This document shows, one piece after another, positions 10,171 through 23,642 of a DNA stretch of 64,000 nucleotides; the first letter of the stretch is position 1, and every line of letters begins with the position of its first letter. This DNA comes from Antedon mediterranea (lineage: Eukaryota; Animalia; Echinodermata): assembly GCF_964355755.1 (NCBI RefSeq), contig NC_092674.1, forward strand, positions 4,340,001 to 4,404,000, written 5' to 3'. The translations under genes and the position numbers were made by a program. The notes below the pieces were generated by a model, which saw only the letters and a list, made by a program, of their open reading frames with translations, did no database searches and was not told the origin of the DNA.

Positions 10171-12940
10171 GGAAATTTTCAAAAAATGACCAATTTTCGA
10201 CACTTTTATTTTTAGACATAAATGGTTACTATAGCATAATAAACATGCGCAGAGTCGAATAATGGGTTCTGCGCATGTCAATTATGCTATAGTAACCAGT
10301 TGTGTCACAAAATAAAATGGTTGAAAATTATTTTTAGACATAAATGGCTACTATAACATAATAAACATGTGCAGAGTCGAATAATAGGTTCTGCGCATGT
10401 CAATTATGCTATAGTAAACAGTTATATCGAAAAATAAAAAGGTCGAAATTTTGCCATTTTTGGAAAAAAATCCCTGTACTATAGTACAGTTAAATTTTCG
10501 AAAAATGACCAATTTTCGACACTTTTATTTTCAGACATAAATGGTTACTATAGCATAATAAACATGCGCAGAGTCGAATAATGGGTTCTGCGCATGTCAA
10601 TTATGCTATAGTAACCAGTTGTGTCACAAAATAAAATGGTTGAAAATTATTTTTAGACATAAAATGGCTACTATAGCATAATAAACATGTGCAGAGTCGA
10701 ATAATAGGTTCTGCGCATGTCAATTATGCTATAGTAAACAGTTATATCGAAAAATAAAAAGGTCGAAATTTGGCCATTTTTGGAAAAAAATCCCTGTACT
10801 ATAGTACAGTTAAATTTTCGAAAAATGACCAATTTTCGACCCTTTTATTTTTAGAAATAAATGGTCGAAAATTATTTTTAGACATAAATGGCTACTATAG
10901 CATAATAAACATGTGCAGAGTCGAATAATAGGTTCTGCGCATGTCAATTATGCTATAGTAAACAGTTATATCGAAAAATAAAAAGGTCGAAATTTGGCCA
11001 TTTTGGAAAAAATCCCTGTACTATAGTACAGGAAAATTTTCGAAAAATGACAAATTTTCGACCCTTTTATTTTTAGACATAAATGGCTACTATAGCATAA
11101 TAAACATGCGCAGAGTCTAATGATGGGTTCTGCGCATGTCAATTATGCTATAGTCCCCAGTTATGTCAAAAAATAAAATGGTCAAAAATTATTTTTAGAC
11201 ATAAATTGTTACTATAGCATAATAAACATTTGCAGAGTCGAATAATGGGTTCTGCGCATGTCAATTATGCTATAGTAACAAGTTATGTCACAAAATAAAA
11301 TGGTTGAAAATTATTTTTAGACATAAATGGCTACTATAACATAATAAACATGTGCAGAGTCGAATGATAGGTTCTGCGCATGTCAATTATGCTATAGTAA
11401 ACAGTTATATCGAAAAATAAAAAGGTCGAAATTTTGCCATTTTTGAAAAAAATCCCTGTACTATAGTACAGGAAAATTTTCGAAAAATGACCAATTTTCG
11501 ACCCTTTTATTTTTAGACATAAATGGTTACACAATAGCATAATAAACATGCGCAGAGTTGAAAATGGGTTCTGCGCATGTCAATTATGCTATATAGTAAC
11601 CAGTTATGTCACAAAATAATATGGTTGAAAATTATTTTTAGACATAAATGGCTACTATAGCATAATAAACATGTGCAGAGTCGAATAATAGGTTCTGCGC
11701 ATGTCAATTATGCTATAGTAAACAGTTATATCGAAAAATAAAAAGGTCGGAATTTGGCCATTTTTGAAAAAAATCCCTGTACTACTATAGTACAGGGAAA
11801 TTTTCGAAAAATGACCAATTTTCGACCCTTTTATTTTTATACATAAATGGTCGAAAATTATTTTTAGACATAAATTGTTACTATAGCATAATAAACATTT
11901 GCAGAGTCGAATAATGGGTTCTGCGAATGTCAATTATGCTATAGTAACAAGTTATGTCACAAAATAAAATGGTTGAAAATTATTTTTAGACATAAATGGC
12001 TACTATAACATAATAAACATGTGCAGAGTCGAATAATAGGTTCTGCACATGTCAATTATGCTATAGTAAACAGTTATATCGAAAAATAAAAAGGTCGAAA
12101 TTTTGCCATTTTTGGAAAAAATCCCTGTACTATAGTACAGTTAAATTTTCGACCCTTTTATTTTTGGACATAAATGGTTACTATAGCATAATAAACATGC
12201 GCAGAGTCGAATGATGGGTTCTGCGCATGTCAATTATGCTATAGTAACCAGTTATGTCAAAAAATAAAATGGTCGAAAATTATTTTTAGACATAAATTGT
12301 TACTATAGCATAATAAACATTTGCAGAGTCGAATAATAGGTTCTGCGCATGTCAATTATGCTATAGTAAACAGTTATATTTGAAAAAAATATGGCCATTT
12401 TTGAAAAAAATCCCTATAGCATAATAAACATGCGCAGAGTTGAAAATGGGTTCTGCGCATGTCAATTATGCTATATAGTAACCAGTTATGTCACAAAATA
12501 ATATGGTTGAAAATTATTTTTAGACATAAATGGCTACTATAGCATAATAAACATGTGCAGAGTCGAATAATAGGTTCTGCGCATGTCAATTATGCTATAG
12601 TAACCAGTTAAGTCAAAAAATAAAATGGTCGAAAATTATTTTTAGACATAAATTGTTACTATAGCATAATAAACATTTGCAGAGTCGAATAATGGGTTCT
12701 GCGCATGTCAATTATGCTATAGTAACAAGTTATGTCACAAAATAAAATGGTTGAAAATTATTTTTAGACATAAATGGCTACTATAGCATAATAAACATGT
12801 GCAGAGTCGAATAATAGGTTCTGCGCATGTCAATTATGCTATAGTAAACAGTTATATCGAAAAATAAAAAGGTCGGAATTTGGCCATTTTTCGAAAAAAA
12901 TTTTTTAAATCCCTGGAGGCCTACTATAGTACAGGGATTC
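10171..12940. repeat. Higher-order satellite of palindromic ~122-bp monomers with interspersed palindromic spacer
   Basis: Monomer gacataaatggttactatagcataataaacatgcgcaga..tctgcgcatgtcaattatgctatagtaaccagttatgtc. Spacer centred on ctgtactatagtacag. Higher-order period about 320 bp at the start of the array. Confidence 0.92.
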
Positions 12941-13092
12941 AAAAATCAGTTTCATGTGAATGTTGATGTATTATAGTGATACCAGTTACGTAAAAAAATA
13001 AAAAAAGGGTTGAACTTTTTTTGTTTAGAAAATTTACCATCAAAATAAACTGGAGTATTGTAATGACCCCATAACTATGTTGTCTAAAATAG

Positions 13093-13196
13093 TGCTCACA
13101 TATGGTAGTGATATGCCCAAGTAATATGGTAGTATGTCCATATATGGGCACATCATATGTTTTTGTCAAATAAAGTTTGATAGTGTGGACAGAGCT
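13093..13196. mobile_element. MITE family 1, partial
   Basis: Internal motif and one TIR. Confidence 0.75.
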
Positions 13197-13344
13197 TTAT
13201 TTAAAATAATAATCTAATAAAAATACAGTATTGTCATTTTATTGATACACTTAATACGAGAATACATGTAGTGTACAAAATGTAAACTGTTAGTCAATAT
13301 TAGTGTACATGACTAAATACCATATACTATGCAGTAAGTCCTCA

Positions 13345-13679
13345 GTTTGAGTGAGTACTCGACTGTCCATTGGTTTGAGCGAGTACTCGACTGTCCATTC
13401 GTTTGAGCGAGTACTCGACTGTCCATTGGATTGAGTGAGTACTCGACTTTCCATTGGTTTGAGTGAGTACTCGACTGTCCATTGGTTTGAGTGAGTACTC
13501 GACTGTCCATTGGTTTGAGTGAGTACTCGACTGTCCATTGGTTTGAGCGAGTACTCGACTGTCCATTGGTTTGAGTGAGTATTCGACTGTCCATTGGTTT
13601 GAGTGAGTACTCGACTGTCTATTGGTTTGAGTAAGTACTCGACCGTCCATTGGTTTGAGTGAGTACTCGACTGTCCATT
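13345..13679. repeat. 28-bp minisatellite, about 12 copies
   Basis: gtttgagtgagtactcgactgtccattg repeated. Confidence 0.95.
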
Positions 13680-13768
13680 AGTTGTAATTATTATCATACA
13701 CTGTGTGTTGAATCAGCTTATTCCAAAATATTCTACTGCAGTTAATATATGATTTTAGTCATTTGTTA

Positions 13769-13931
13769 AGCTCTGTCTACACATAATCAAACTTTATGTG
13801 ACAAAAAACATATGATGTGCCCATATATGGAAATGGTGATGTCATATCACTACCATATTTGTGCATATCACTACCATGTTTGGGTACGTCACAATTTTTT
13901 TGTCAAACTAGTTTGTAGTGTAGACAGAGCT
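13769..13931. mobile_element. MITE family 1
   Basis: Both TIRs present. Confidence 0.85.
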
Positions 13932-14598
13932 TTAGGAAGTCACTGCATTAAACAATGCGTATGATTATCCAAAATATGATTGGTAAATAATTGCATAAAC
14001 CAGTTTAAAATTAAACAACATGTAGTTACTGCAGTAAACGCAGTAGGATGATTTTAACATGGTCCCTATGTATCAAATTCAAATAGTGAATTTTAAGTCT
14101 ATTTTGTCCACATTATATTGCATCTTAAAATATCTAAATAGAGTACTTCTATATTCATCGAAATCTTTCTAAAAAAAAATTAACTTTGTTGTTTCAACCT
14201 AAAACATTCTGCTCAACAACGATACAGAATTCAGTATTGCTTTTTTATTTTTCAGATTTTAGCACCTCTACTAATCAAATAAATTATTAATTAATAATTA
14301 AATTGGCATCCCTTTTGTTATACTGTACATACATTAGATCAAAGGGTATTTGCCTATATATCAGTAGGTTAAAATATACATTGCATTCTTAGGCTAATAA
14401 CACGCGTGTTTGTCAAGTTTTACAATTCTAAACACATCATCTATATCTACAAAAGTGCATGTATATACATTTTTCGGTTCTTGACGCTGTACAGTACTTT
14501 ATAGTAAGCTCACGTTGCCAATTTGTCTTTAGCGGGCGAGAGACGCACAACAGCCTGTGTTTCCTACTCACCGTCCAAAGCTCTTAAACCTCACTTAA

Positions 14599-14760
14599 GG
14601 CCAATTTAGACGAGCGGTAATAAAAATATGTTATTCCTTATGACCATTTACACACAACTCAGAGCAGACGGATGGTTTCGCTGAGGATAGATACAAATTT
14701 TACGTGGAACAATCTATGCGGTTTTCTGCTTACCATTACCGCTCGTCTGTGTAAGTTGGC
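14599..14760. mobile_element. MITE (Harbinger-like)
   Basis: ggccaatttagacgagcggtaat ... attaccgctcgtctgtgtaagttggc imperfect TIRs. Confidence 0.55.
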
Positions 14761-15849
14761 TGGCAACTAACGCTTATACAGCAACCTAGCACACTTTTGG
14801 AAAACATCATTTTATTTTCACATTTTATATCTAGGTAACTATCTTGTCATAGTCTTCCCTCTTCCTCAAGTCTAACACATAGCATCCTTGTGAACAATAA
14901 TATATTTACCTTTTAACAAAACAAAAGTTTCTGAAATGAACGATTTTTAATCTCACATATTTCATTCATAATTTAATACATTTTATAATTTACCTAAAAT
15001 ATCTTTTATACTCAACGATCTATTTTATTTTACATTTATATATGGTTTTTATACACTTTTACTTGAATACGAAATACATACATTATACTGTATAACCAGG
15101 CAAGAAAGAGATTGTTAACAGTGATGGAGATCTTTGGGTAGCTATCATGTTGGTTGAAACAATGGTTAAAGATACATTGTCCCCCTTATAAGTGAAATAT
15201 TAATTGTAATTTTTTTGTATAGAAGTGAATAACTTTATTAAAACTGCAAAATAGCCTATTTAAAGTTTGATTTTATTAGTCTTCATTTTTCATGTTTTTG
15301 GGGGACAATGCATCTTTAATATTACATGTACAGATGCCCCAAATATGCCTATACATCAGCCTCAATAATAATATAGTAATTTATGTGTCATACATAACTG
15401 TGCGTGTGCTGTGTGCACCAAGGCTGTCAATAACCAAAGTAAAAATAATTGAAAAACTGAATATGGAATGGACTTCGTAATTTAAGACTTAAGAAACAAA
15501 AACAAAAACATATTTCTTAGATTTTTTGTTTAAACTTAAGCACGTTTGATTATTCTGACTACTACTGTCAGTAGTACTAAACTGTACATTTTTATTTACA
15601 AAACTGTTTGGAAATACTAGTAGCCTTACATATCTACTCAAGGCATGTCTAAATGGAAGCTACAACACTTTGTACACTAGTTTGGTAAATTCAAAATTTG
15701 GTCAATTTTTTTTGTGTAGAAATATAAGCATGTGACCTTTGTATGACCTTATGTGACCTTTGTATATTCAAAACTATGCTAGATATACATTGATATAAGA
15801 TAGTAGCACCAGCTTTGGATACAGTATTGGTCCCATTCTGTAGCATAAA

Positions 15850-16265
15850 ACCATATTTCATGGTGCTACAGTTACAGTAACATATTAATGGCATGTAGCA
15901 TAATGTACAGCAAGTTATTCTATGCAGTGATACCATTGTGTAGCTGGAAACCATGTTTCATTGTGCTACAGTTACATCGATAGGAATGTACTGTAGCATA
16001 ATATACAGTAAGATATTCTATGCAGTGATACCATTGTGTAGCTGGAAACCATGTTTCATTGTGCTACATTTACATCGATAGGAATGTACTGTAGCATAAT
16101 ATACAGTAAGATATTCTATGCAATGATACCATTGTGTAGCAGGAAACCATGTTTCATTGTGCTACAGTTACATCGATAGGAATGTACTGTAGCATAATAT
16201 ACAGTAAGATATTCTATGCAGTGATACCATTGTGTAGCTGGAAACCATGTTTCACTGTGCTACAT
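15850..16265. repeat. 98-bp tandem repeat, about 4 copies, in the probable TBC1D1 3' UTR
   Basis: tatgcagtgataccattgtgtagctggaaaccatgtttc recurs at 15921, 16019, 16117 and 16215. Confidence 0.9.
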
Positions 16266-16309
16266 ATAGCACCGGAATGATGTATGCAATTCTTATGGTA
16301 ATGTATCTT

Positions 16310-16960
16310 CATGTTATGTAGATATGTCCAGAAACTTTTTGCAGTGTGCACACATAGAACCACTCAGTAACCACCATTTACTGTGAATATTGTAGTAGAA
16401 AACAACAATGTAATACCTGATATCAATGAACTGATATATCATCCCTGTGTGAGCTATCTCTAGGCTGTGTAGATATGTCCAGAATCATCTTGCAGTGTCT
16501 AAATGTAGTATAGAACCACTCAGTAACCACCATTTACTGTGCAATACTGTAGCACAAAACTACAAGGTAATATCCAGTATCAATGAACTGATGTATCATC
16601 CTTGTATCTCTATGCTGCATAGAAATGAAGTAAAGAACCATAATATGTATTGCCAGGTCAATGAACTGATATATCTCTATGCTGTGTCATATAGAACCAC
16701 ATGTTAACCACCATTTACTGTGGAATACTGTAGTAGCAAAACCACAATGCAATATTCACTGCAAGGTACAGCATCAATGATTGATATGTTTCTGTTATCT
16801 CTATGTGTAGGTATGGGGAGACACATCTTACAGCATTGTTAAACCACAATTTCAGTAGAATAGAATCACTCAGTAACCACCATTTATTGTAGAATAGAAT
16901 AGCACAAAACCACAACATGTCTGGTATCACTATCAATGCACTCATATATCTTGAGGATTT
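16310..16960. repeat. Diverged ~155-180-bp tandem repeat x4
   Basis: atagaaccactcagtaaccaccatttactgt-like motif near 16355, 16510, 16691 and 16860. Confidence 0.75.
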
Positions 16961-17150
16961 CATCAACCATGAAGTTTGCACCAAGATCAACAACGTAATA
17001 AACAAAGTATTAATCAATCAATTATCTGATTTCTAAAGAAAACTGAAATGCCTTTGCTCACTGAACTGGAACTGTTACTTTGGAACTAAATCCTTTGGAA
17101 CTAAATCCTTCAGAAACACCAAATTTTAGAGTCGGTCTTTCTCTTAAATA

Positions 17151-17501
17151 TCAGTGCTCTTGGGATCCATTCATTGCTGCAGAGTCCTCACTATACGTAC
17201 TGGAGCTGAGTTCACTCCCAGAGCTGCCGCTGCTCGACACCCTTGGGCGTGGACCAGTCCTCTTAATTGGCGTCACAATTGATAGATCCATTTCAAGATC
17301 GTCAACTGAGTTCATACTCTTTTCCTTATTTTTATTCGTTACAATGCTCTTCATATTTTTTGAAGGGAAAGAGAAGTTGATTCCGGCATCTTGGAGCACA
17401 TTTTCCGGAATAAGAGACTGCAGCTTCTTAATTGTGCTTAGCAACGCTTCTCGTTCTAATTCAAGTGTCCTTTTCTCGGATCTCAGCTTATTTTCTGATG
17501 C
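17151..17501 (-). CDS. TBC1D1: TBC1D1/4-like terminal coding exon
   Basis: tag|ASENKLRSEKRTLELEREALLSTI... continues to TGA at 17151-17153. Confidence 0.85.
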   Translation of the reverse strand, partial: ASENKLRSEKRTLELEREALLSTIKKLQSLIPENVLQDAGINFSFPSKNMKSIVTNKNKEKSMNSVDDLEMDLSIVTPIKRTGPRPRVSSSGSSGSELSSSTYSEDSAAMNGSQEH

Positions 17502-17866
17502 CTATAAAAGAAATTGTTGGGTAAAATAAAATTTAAATTTTAAAATAAAATAAAATTTATGAATATCTTCTGTATTCTGTATTTGTATTGGATGCAAAAA
17601 ACATTTTTTTTTTTTTTTATTATTTTATTTTCTATATTTCATAAAACAGTATACATTACTTAACTTGGTTACATTACAAAGTAATACAAAATAATAATAA
17701 AGTAACCTTTTCAAGTTACAAAAAAACATCATTCAACTAAGGAGCTTTGATTTGCACAAAAAGAGACTATGCATTAATGTGTTTTCGGTTGTCGTCTGGA
17801 ACTGGAATCCATCAAAACTTCCCTGTCCCAACTTCCCCATATGAATACAATCTAACTTGTTTCTAA

Positions 17867-17980
17867 AGCTCTGTCTACACTATCAACTATGTGACAAAAA
17901 AAATATGATGTGCCCATATGGACACAATGATGTCATATCACACTTTTTTGTCAAACTAGTTTGATAGTGTGAACAGAGCC
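17867..17980. mobile_element. MITE family 1, internally deleted
   Basis: Both TIRs present; ends about 16 bp from an exon donor. Confidence 0.82.
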
Positions 17981-17996
17981 TTCAGATGTTTCATAC

Positions 17997-18215
17997 CTGT
18001 AGGTGTTGTACAGTTGCTTCTTGGCTGTGTCTTGCATTCCTTGCTGATTGCAGCTGTTCTATTAACTCCATGTTCTGTCTTTTCAGCTTCAGATTAGCCG
18101 ACTCTAACGTAGCTAGCTGATCACCTGAATGCGGAGTGTTCACCATTTCGTCTTGAATAACGTGGTACTCCACTTCATAAGCATGCAACTCCTTAGATAT
18201 ATCCAATTCGAATGC
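17997..18215 (-). CDS. TBC1D1: TBC1D1/4-like exon (coiled coil)
   Basis: AFELDISKELHAYEVEYHVIQDE...LKRQNMELIEQLQ matches family AYEVEYHVLQ; phase 0-0. Confidence 0.94.
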
Positions 18216-19128
18216 CTGCAAGAAAGGACACATTAGAATGTACAGAATGGGACCAATGGACGTATGTAAAACCTCACATACGTAAAATCCAATTACAGTA
18301 CATTGACATTTTTCCTGCTAATTTGCTGTTTGTGAAAAACCAGTTGTATGTGTAATTCTTATTTTTAAATGAATAGTGAAAAAAATAAATAAAATAAAAC
18401 AAAAATAAAAGAAAACAATTGAAGTGAATAAGATAATTCCAAAACCTATATGGGAAAAGACCCCTGATTTAGCATTTCTATAAGGCTCTCCAACACAGAG
18501 TCGTTTCATTGGTGCTTCTTATGCTCTGGGACTCCTTAAAGGCCAGGTGCGGGCAAAAAATTTCTATTGATCATACATTCCAATAATTATCAATCTATAG
18601 TTTCCCCTATGTTTTAAAATTTTGGGTATTTTATTTGTGTTACACGAGCTTGTTGAAAATAAGCTCGCTCTTATCAGTTCAAATTACATGGTAAAATCTC
18701 TATTCGTTTGTACACAAATTTCGTAAAAAGAGAAGCATTTTAAAAATCTATGAAAAATAAACGGTGTGGAAAAAAAATGTTATCAGATGACTAAATATAG
18801 GTAATATAACTTGAATTTTACATTTCTGGTATTTTTATTCACCTTCAAATTTTTATTTTCATGCTATAGCAAAAATTATCCACCGCATATCCACAATCTT
18901 TTTTCACCTTCTAGGGAGTCACCAGACATGTTATTACATTAGGTTAACTAACTACAGTAACTAAAGTCTTCCTGGTTTTTATGGCAGAATTTTGTATTTG
19001 ACCATATTAAGGGAAAATTATGTTTTTTTTCGTCTTGATTTCTGTTACAAATAATTGATTTATGTACAATTAACTAGATATTATATATTTTTCTTTTATT
19101 TTTGGGTTTAGCCAGTAAGTGTGCATAC

Positions 19129-19298
19129 CTTATTGATGACTTTTTCCATCTGCACAATACCAAGAGATGGAAGGGTATCCTTTAGGAATTCAATGATTGC
19201 TTCAAAGCCATCGCACTGCAAGATCAGTTCCTCGTGACTTCCTAGGATAATGAGAGCTACTTTGAATATGACATCAAAACCCTGCAGGAATATCAAGT
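19129..19298 (-). CDS. TBC1D1: TBC1D1/4-like exon (end of TBC domain)
   Basis: DLIFLQGFDVIFKVAL...QMEKVINK; phase 1-0. Confidence 0.94.
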
Positions 19299-19343
19299 CT
19301 GCAAAAGAAAAGATGACACATGTTAATAAGGTGAGAACACTTA

Positions 19344-19483
19344 AGCTCTGTCTACAATATCAAAAACTAGTTTGACAAATGAAGTGTGACATGCTCAAAT
19401 ATGGTAGTGATATGACATCATCATGTCCACATATGGGCATATCACATATTTAGTCACATAACATATATATTGTAGAGAGAGCT
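19344..19483. mobile_element. MITE family 1
   Basis: Both TIRs, one degenerate. Confidence 0.8.
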
Positions 19484-20435
19484 TTATAGCTTATAGATCA
19501 TAAAAGCAGGGTGCTAAATACACCGTTTTTGATGTTGTATTGTTTTATGTTTCAAACCTGTTAGTGGCGGTATTTATCGCTGTTGGTTTTAATTGAATAA
19601 AATAAAAAATAAAATAAAATAAAACATGTTCACATGTGCAAAAAAGTCAACGCGTCTTCTTATATTGTTTTGTACCATATACTGTATGTTACATGCATAA
19701 ACCTGTCTTCTTCAATGTGACATGCTTGTTGCTTATTTAGACTTCTATCTAAATCTACAGTAGAATTCTATGTTTTTGCAATTCTCTTGATATGCTATTG
19801 TAAATTATTCTCATTGTAAGCAAATCAGTATAACCTTTCACAAACTATTTTTATCAAGCTTGCAAAAAATTTAAATTCTGAAGAAAAAAACCTTAGTTTC
19901 GAGAAGGAAAAATGTGTCTGAAAGCATTCTAAAAACCATAAACTAACTTCATGTTTACTGAGAATATATAGTCATAGTCATAGTCATATATACTTTATTG
20001 TCCATTTAAAAAACAGAAATGTGATTTGAAAACTGGCAAAATACAAAAATATAAAATCATATAGATTAAGGGAGATTATAGAGGGATTATGAATGATTTA
20101 AGTGGCCTAATTGAGGATTATCATGGATCAGAATGAATTAAATCTGTAATAGGTGTAATGTGAAGTTAATGACATCAGTGGATTAATAAACACTTTACAT
20201 CTATTTACATAATGTATAGCTTTACCTATATCTACTTGTTATTAGGTTTGGATTTTGGAATGTAAATGTGTGGCACTGAACCTGTGTCTTGGACCTAACT
20301 AGAATGAACTGTGCTCAGGTGCAGCAGCACATACAACACCCTTTCGTATCACACTGTCTACATAATGACAAGGGCTGAAGAATCAGTAGCCTAGGATAAC
20401 ACAATACTCTTCTAAAAGATACACTATTTTATTTA

Positions 20436-20571
20436 AGCTCCATCTACACTATCAAACTTGTCAAAAAAAGTATGATGTACCCAAATATGGTAGTGATATG
20501 ATGTCAACGTGTCCATATATTGGCACATCACATTTTCTTGTTACATAAAGTTTTATAGTGTAGACAGGGCT
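20436..20571. mobile_element. MITE family 1
   Basis: Both TIRs present. Confidence 0.8.
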
Positions 20572-20691
20572 TTAGATAGCGTATCTATAAAACAGGCCTG
20601 ATGTCTCTATAGTAACTGTACCAAAGCGATTTGTGTTTTATGTTTTTTTCCATTATTTTTTTTCTCACTAATTTACTTCTGGACAATAAAA

Positions 20692-21900
20692 CAAACTAAA
20701 CCCTTCGGCCTCCTGTACAATACAAGAATGGACAGTAGAAACCTGGACATGGTTGCCTCATACAAACTAAACCCTTCGGCCTCCTGTACAATACAAGAAT
20801 GGACAGTAGAAACCTGCACATGGTTGCCTCATACAAACTAAACCCTCCGGCCTCGTGTACAATACAAGAATGGACAGTAGAAACCTGGACATGGTTGCCT
20901 CATACAAACTAAACCCTTCGGCCTCCTGTACAATACAAGAATGGACAGTAGAAACCTGGACATGGTTGCCTCATACAAACTAAACCCTTCGGCCTCCTGT
21001 ACAATACAAGAATGGACAGTAGAAACCTGCACATGGTTGCCTCATACAAACTAAACCCTTCGGCCTCCTGTACAATACAAGAATGGACAGTAGAAACCTG
21101 GACATGGTTGCCTCATACAAACTAAACCCTTCGGCCTCCTGTACAATACAAGAATGGACAGTAGAAACCTGGACATGGTTGCCTCATACAAACTAAACCC
21201 TTCGGCCTCCTGTACAATACAAGAATGGACAGTAGAAACCTGGACATGGTTGCCTCATACAAACTAAACCCTTCGGCCTCCTGTACAATACAAGAATGGA
21301 CAGTAGAAACCTGGACATGGTTGCCTCATACAAACTAAACCCTTCGGCCTCCTGTACAATACAAGAATGGACAGTAGAAACCTGGACATGGTTGCCTCAT
21401 ACAAACTAAACCCTTCGGCCTCCTGTACAATACAAGAATGGACAGTAGAAACCTGCACATGGTTGCCTCATACAAACTAAACCCTTCGGCCTCATGTACA
21501 ATACAAGAATGGACAGTAGAAACCTGCACATGGTTGCCTCATACAAACTAAACCCTTCGGCCTCCTGTACAATACAAGAATGGACAGTAGAAACCTGCAC
21601 ATGGTTGCCTCATACAAACTAAACCCTTCGGCCTCCTGTACAATACAAGAATGGACAGTAGAAACCTGCACATGGTTGCCTCATACAAACTAAACCCTTC
21701 GGCCTCCTGTACAATACAAGAATGGACAGTAGAAACCTGCACATGGTTGCCTCATACAAACTAAACCCTTCGGCCTCCTGTACAATACAAGAATGGACAG
21801 TAGAAACCTGGACATGGTTGCCTCATACAAACTAAACCCTTCGGCCTCATGTACAATACAAGAATGGACAGTAGAAACCTGCACATGGTTGCCTCATACA
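20692..21900. repeat. 71-bp minisatellite, about 17 near-identical copies
   Basis: caaactaaacccttcggcctcctgtacaatacaagaatggacagtagaaacctg(g/c)acatggttgcctcata repeated. Confidence 0.97.
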
Positions 21901-23192
21901 GTAGTTTAAAACTACAGTAATTCTAAATACCAAAGCCGTACATTCTTTATTTCCTCTTCTAGATTTTACTTTAAACATGGAGAAATAAGTAAAGTAAAAT
22001 CTAGAAGAAATAAGATGATTATAACTGCAAAGTGACATTGTACTTAAACATCAAGGACAGAAGAAATTGATATGTTACAACAATTACTGTACGTAATACT
22101 TGAAAGTTTGTTGTTATTGTACTATTCAGTGAAACAGTTTTATTTTCTAAACCTCTCAAACTTGGTATTTAATATGAATTATGATTTATGAAATATAATC
22201 TATAGATTAGTATTATGTATGGTTACAATGTCAAACGTCACTAGTAACTGACTGTTCCATTTATTTTCAAGGGGTGTTCACTTCGGAGTTGACAATTACG
22301 GAGTGTAGTATAAATATTGAAACAATAGTTTTTTTTTAACACAGTTTTTTTTACAAATAAGCAAGAATTTCAGTTTCATTTTTTAGGATTCGTTGAACTA
22401 GTGCCCAATATATGAATTTAAAGAATTAGTTAAATCAAGATTTGCGTGAAAATGAATACATGGTAGTGAGTACATGTGTAAATATCAAAGCTCATGTCAA
22501 AGTTCATTCTATCTATGATGACTATGATTTAACATTAATAATAATCAAACTTGTTGCTTAGTATAAAATTTATGTTTGTTTTTATATCTTTCCTATACAA
22601 TCCTAAAAAACAATAACACAGTTAATAATCAATAAAAAGAAAAAAAATAAAGGAATTATTAATAACAAACTACAAAACATACCTTTCAGTTTTTAAACAA
22701 ATAACACAAAACCAGACAAGTCTCCAAGCGTAATAATCTTAACAAGTGAACACCCAACTTACAACTACCAATAACTCATAGCTTCTGAAACTCTTATTCA
22801 CAGTTCCAGTCCAATGGAGCATGCAGAGAGGTCCAAACAAAAGAGAGAATAGCTGTAAAGCTTGTGACTCAGGCCTTTTAACTATGGTAGACACCTCTGT
22901 TCAGTAATTACTTTGTGGTTAAAATGACTCAAGTACTGAGAATGGACCAACCAGTGCCTTAACAATAACAAAGAAACCTGGATACCACTCAAGAATTCAT
23001 AACAAAAAAGGAATTATAATATATTAAATCCATGAGGAATTAGTTAGACTAAAATTACAACACTTTCAAAAAGAACTTGAGAAAAAAAAACATCTAGATG
23101 AAACTAATTTATTGAGGAAACAGATTATGCACACTCTATCGATATGAAATAAAACCTTAATTAAAACAAAATAAAATATTAAAATATATAGA

Positions 23193-23378
23193 CAGGCGCA
23201 GATTTAGGCGGGGCTAAACAGGTTTTAGCCCCGCCCCCTAAAATTTAACAGTCATATCTTTTTAAAATAAAATAATGACTTTTTTTTTTCTGCGACCGGC
23301 GAATTGTTTTTATCAATTATGAAATATTTAGCAATAACCCCCCATTCTCCCTAATCCATAATGCTGGATCCACCCTAG
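23193..23378. mobile_element. Short hAT-like MITE with possible 5-bp TSD
   Basis: ataga|caggcgcagatttag ... ctggatccaccctag|ataga; TIRs degenerate. Confidence 0.5.
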
Positions 23379-23482
23379 ATAGAATCCCTTTTTGATTAAA
23401 TTGAGGTAAAAAACAAAAAATATTGAAAGCATTTTTGTTTAAAAATATCGTTCTGATATATTTTATATTTGTTTATACTCAC

Positions 23483-23642
23483 CAAATATCCTTGCAACAA
23501 ATCCAAGTGGGAACTGAGAGGTGAATATCGTAAGGAACCATGCTGCTGCGTAAAGAGATGGACCAATGTCATTCACCTCCAAATGATCATGTAATCGTCG
23601 ATAATGGTCATGTAGAAGACGAGATAATTGGTACATTTGTAT
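23483..23642 (-). CDS. TBC1D1: TBC1D1/4-like exon (TBC domain)
   Basis: [14 protein letters not shown]...[26 protein letters not shown]; phase 0-1. Confidence 0.96.

Noticed and set aside
11334-11933. Short ORFs in the palindromic satellite
   Set aside because: They are repeat-derived, with no splice or homology support.
13290-13697. Three overlapping repetitive ORFs
   Set aside because: They derive from the 28-bp minisatellite.
17080-17529. 149-aa plus-strand ORF
   Set aside because: It is the antisense shadow of the terminal TBC1D1-like exon.
20692-21900. CRISPR-like regular repeat array
   Set aside because: The units are contiguous identical 71-mers with no unique spacers, in a eukaryotic intron with no cas genes.
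22690-23150. Possible LINE coding remnant
   Set aside because: The composition suggests a decayed element, but I could not read a convincing reverse transcriptase or endonuclease motif.
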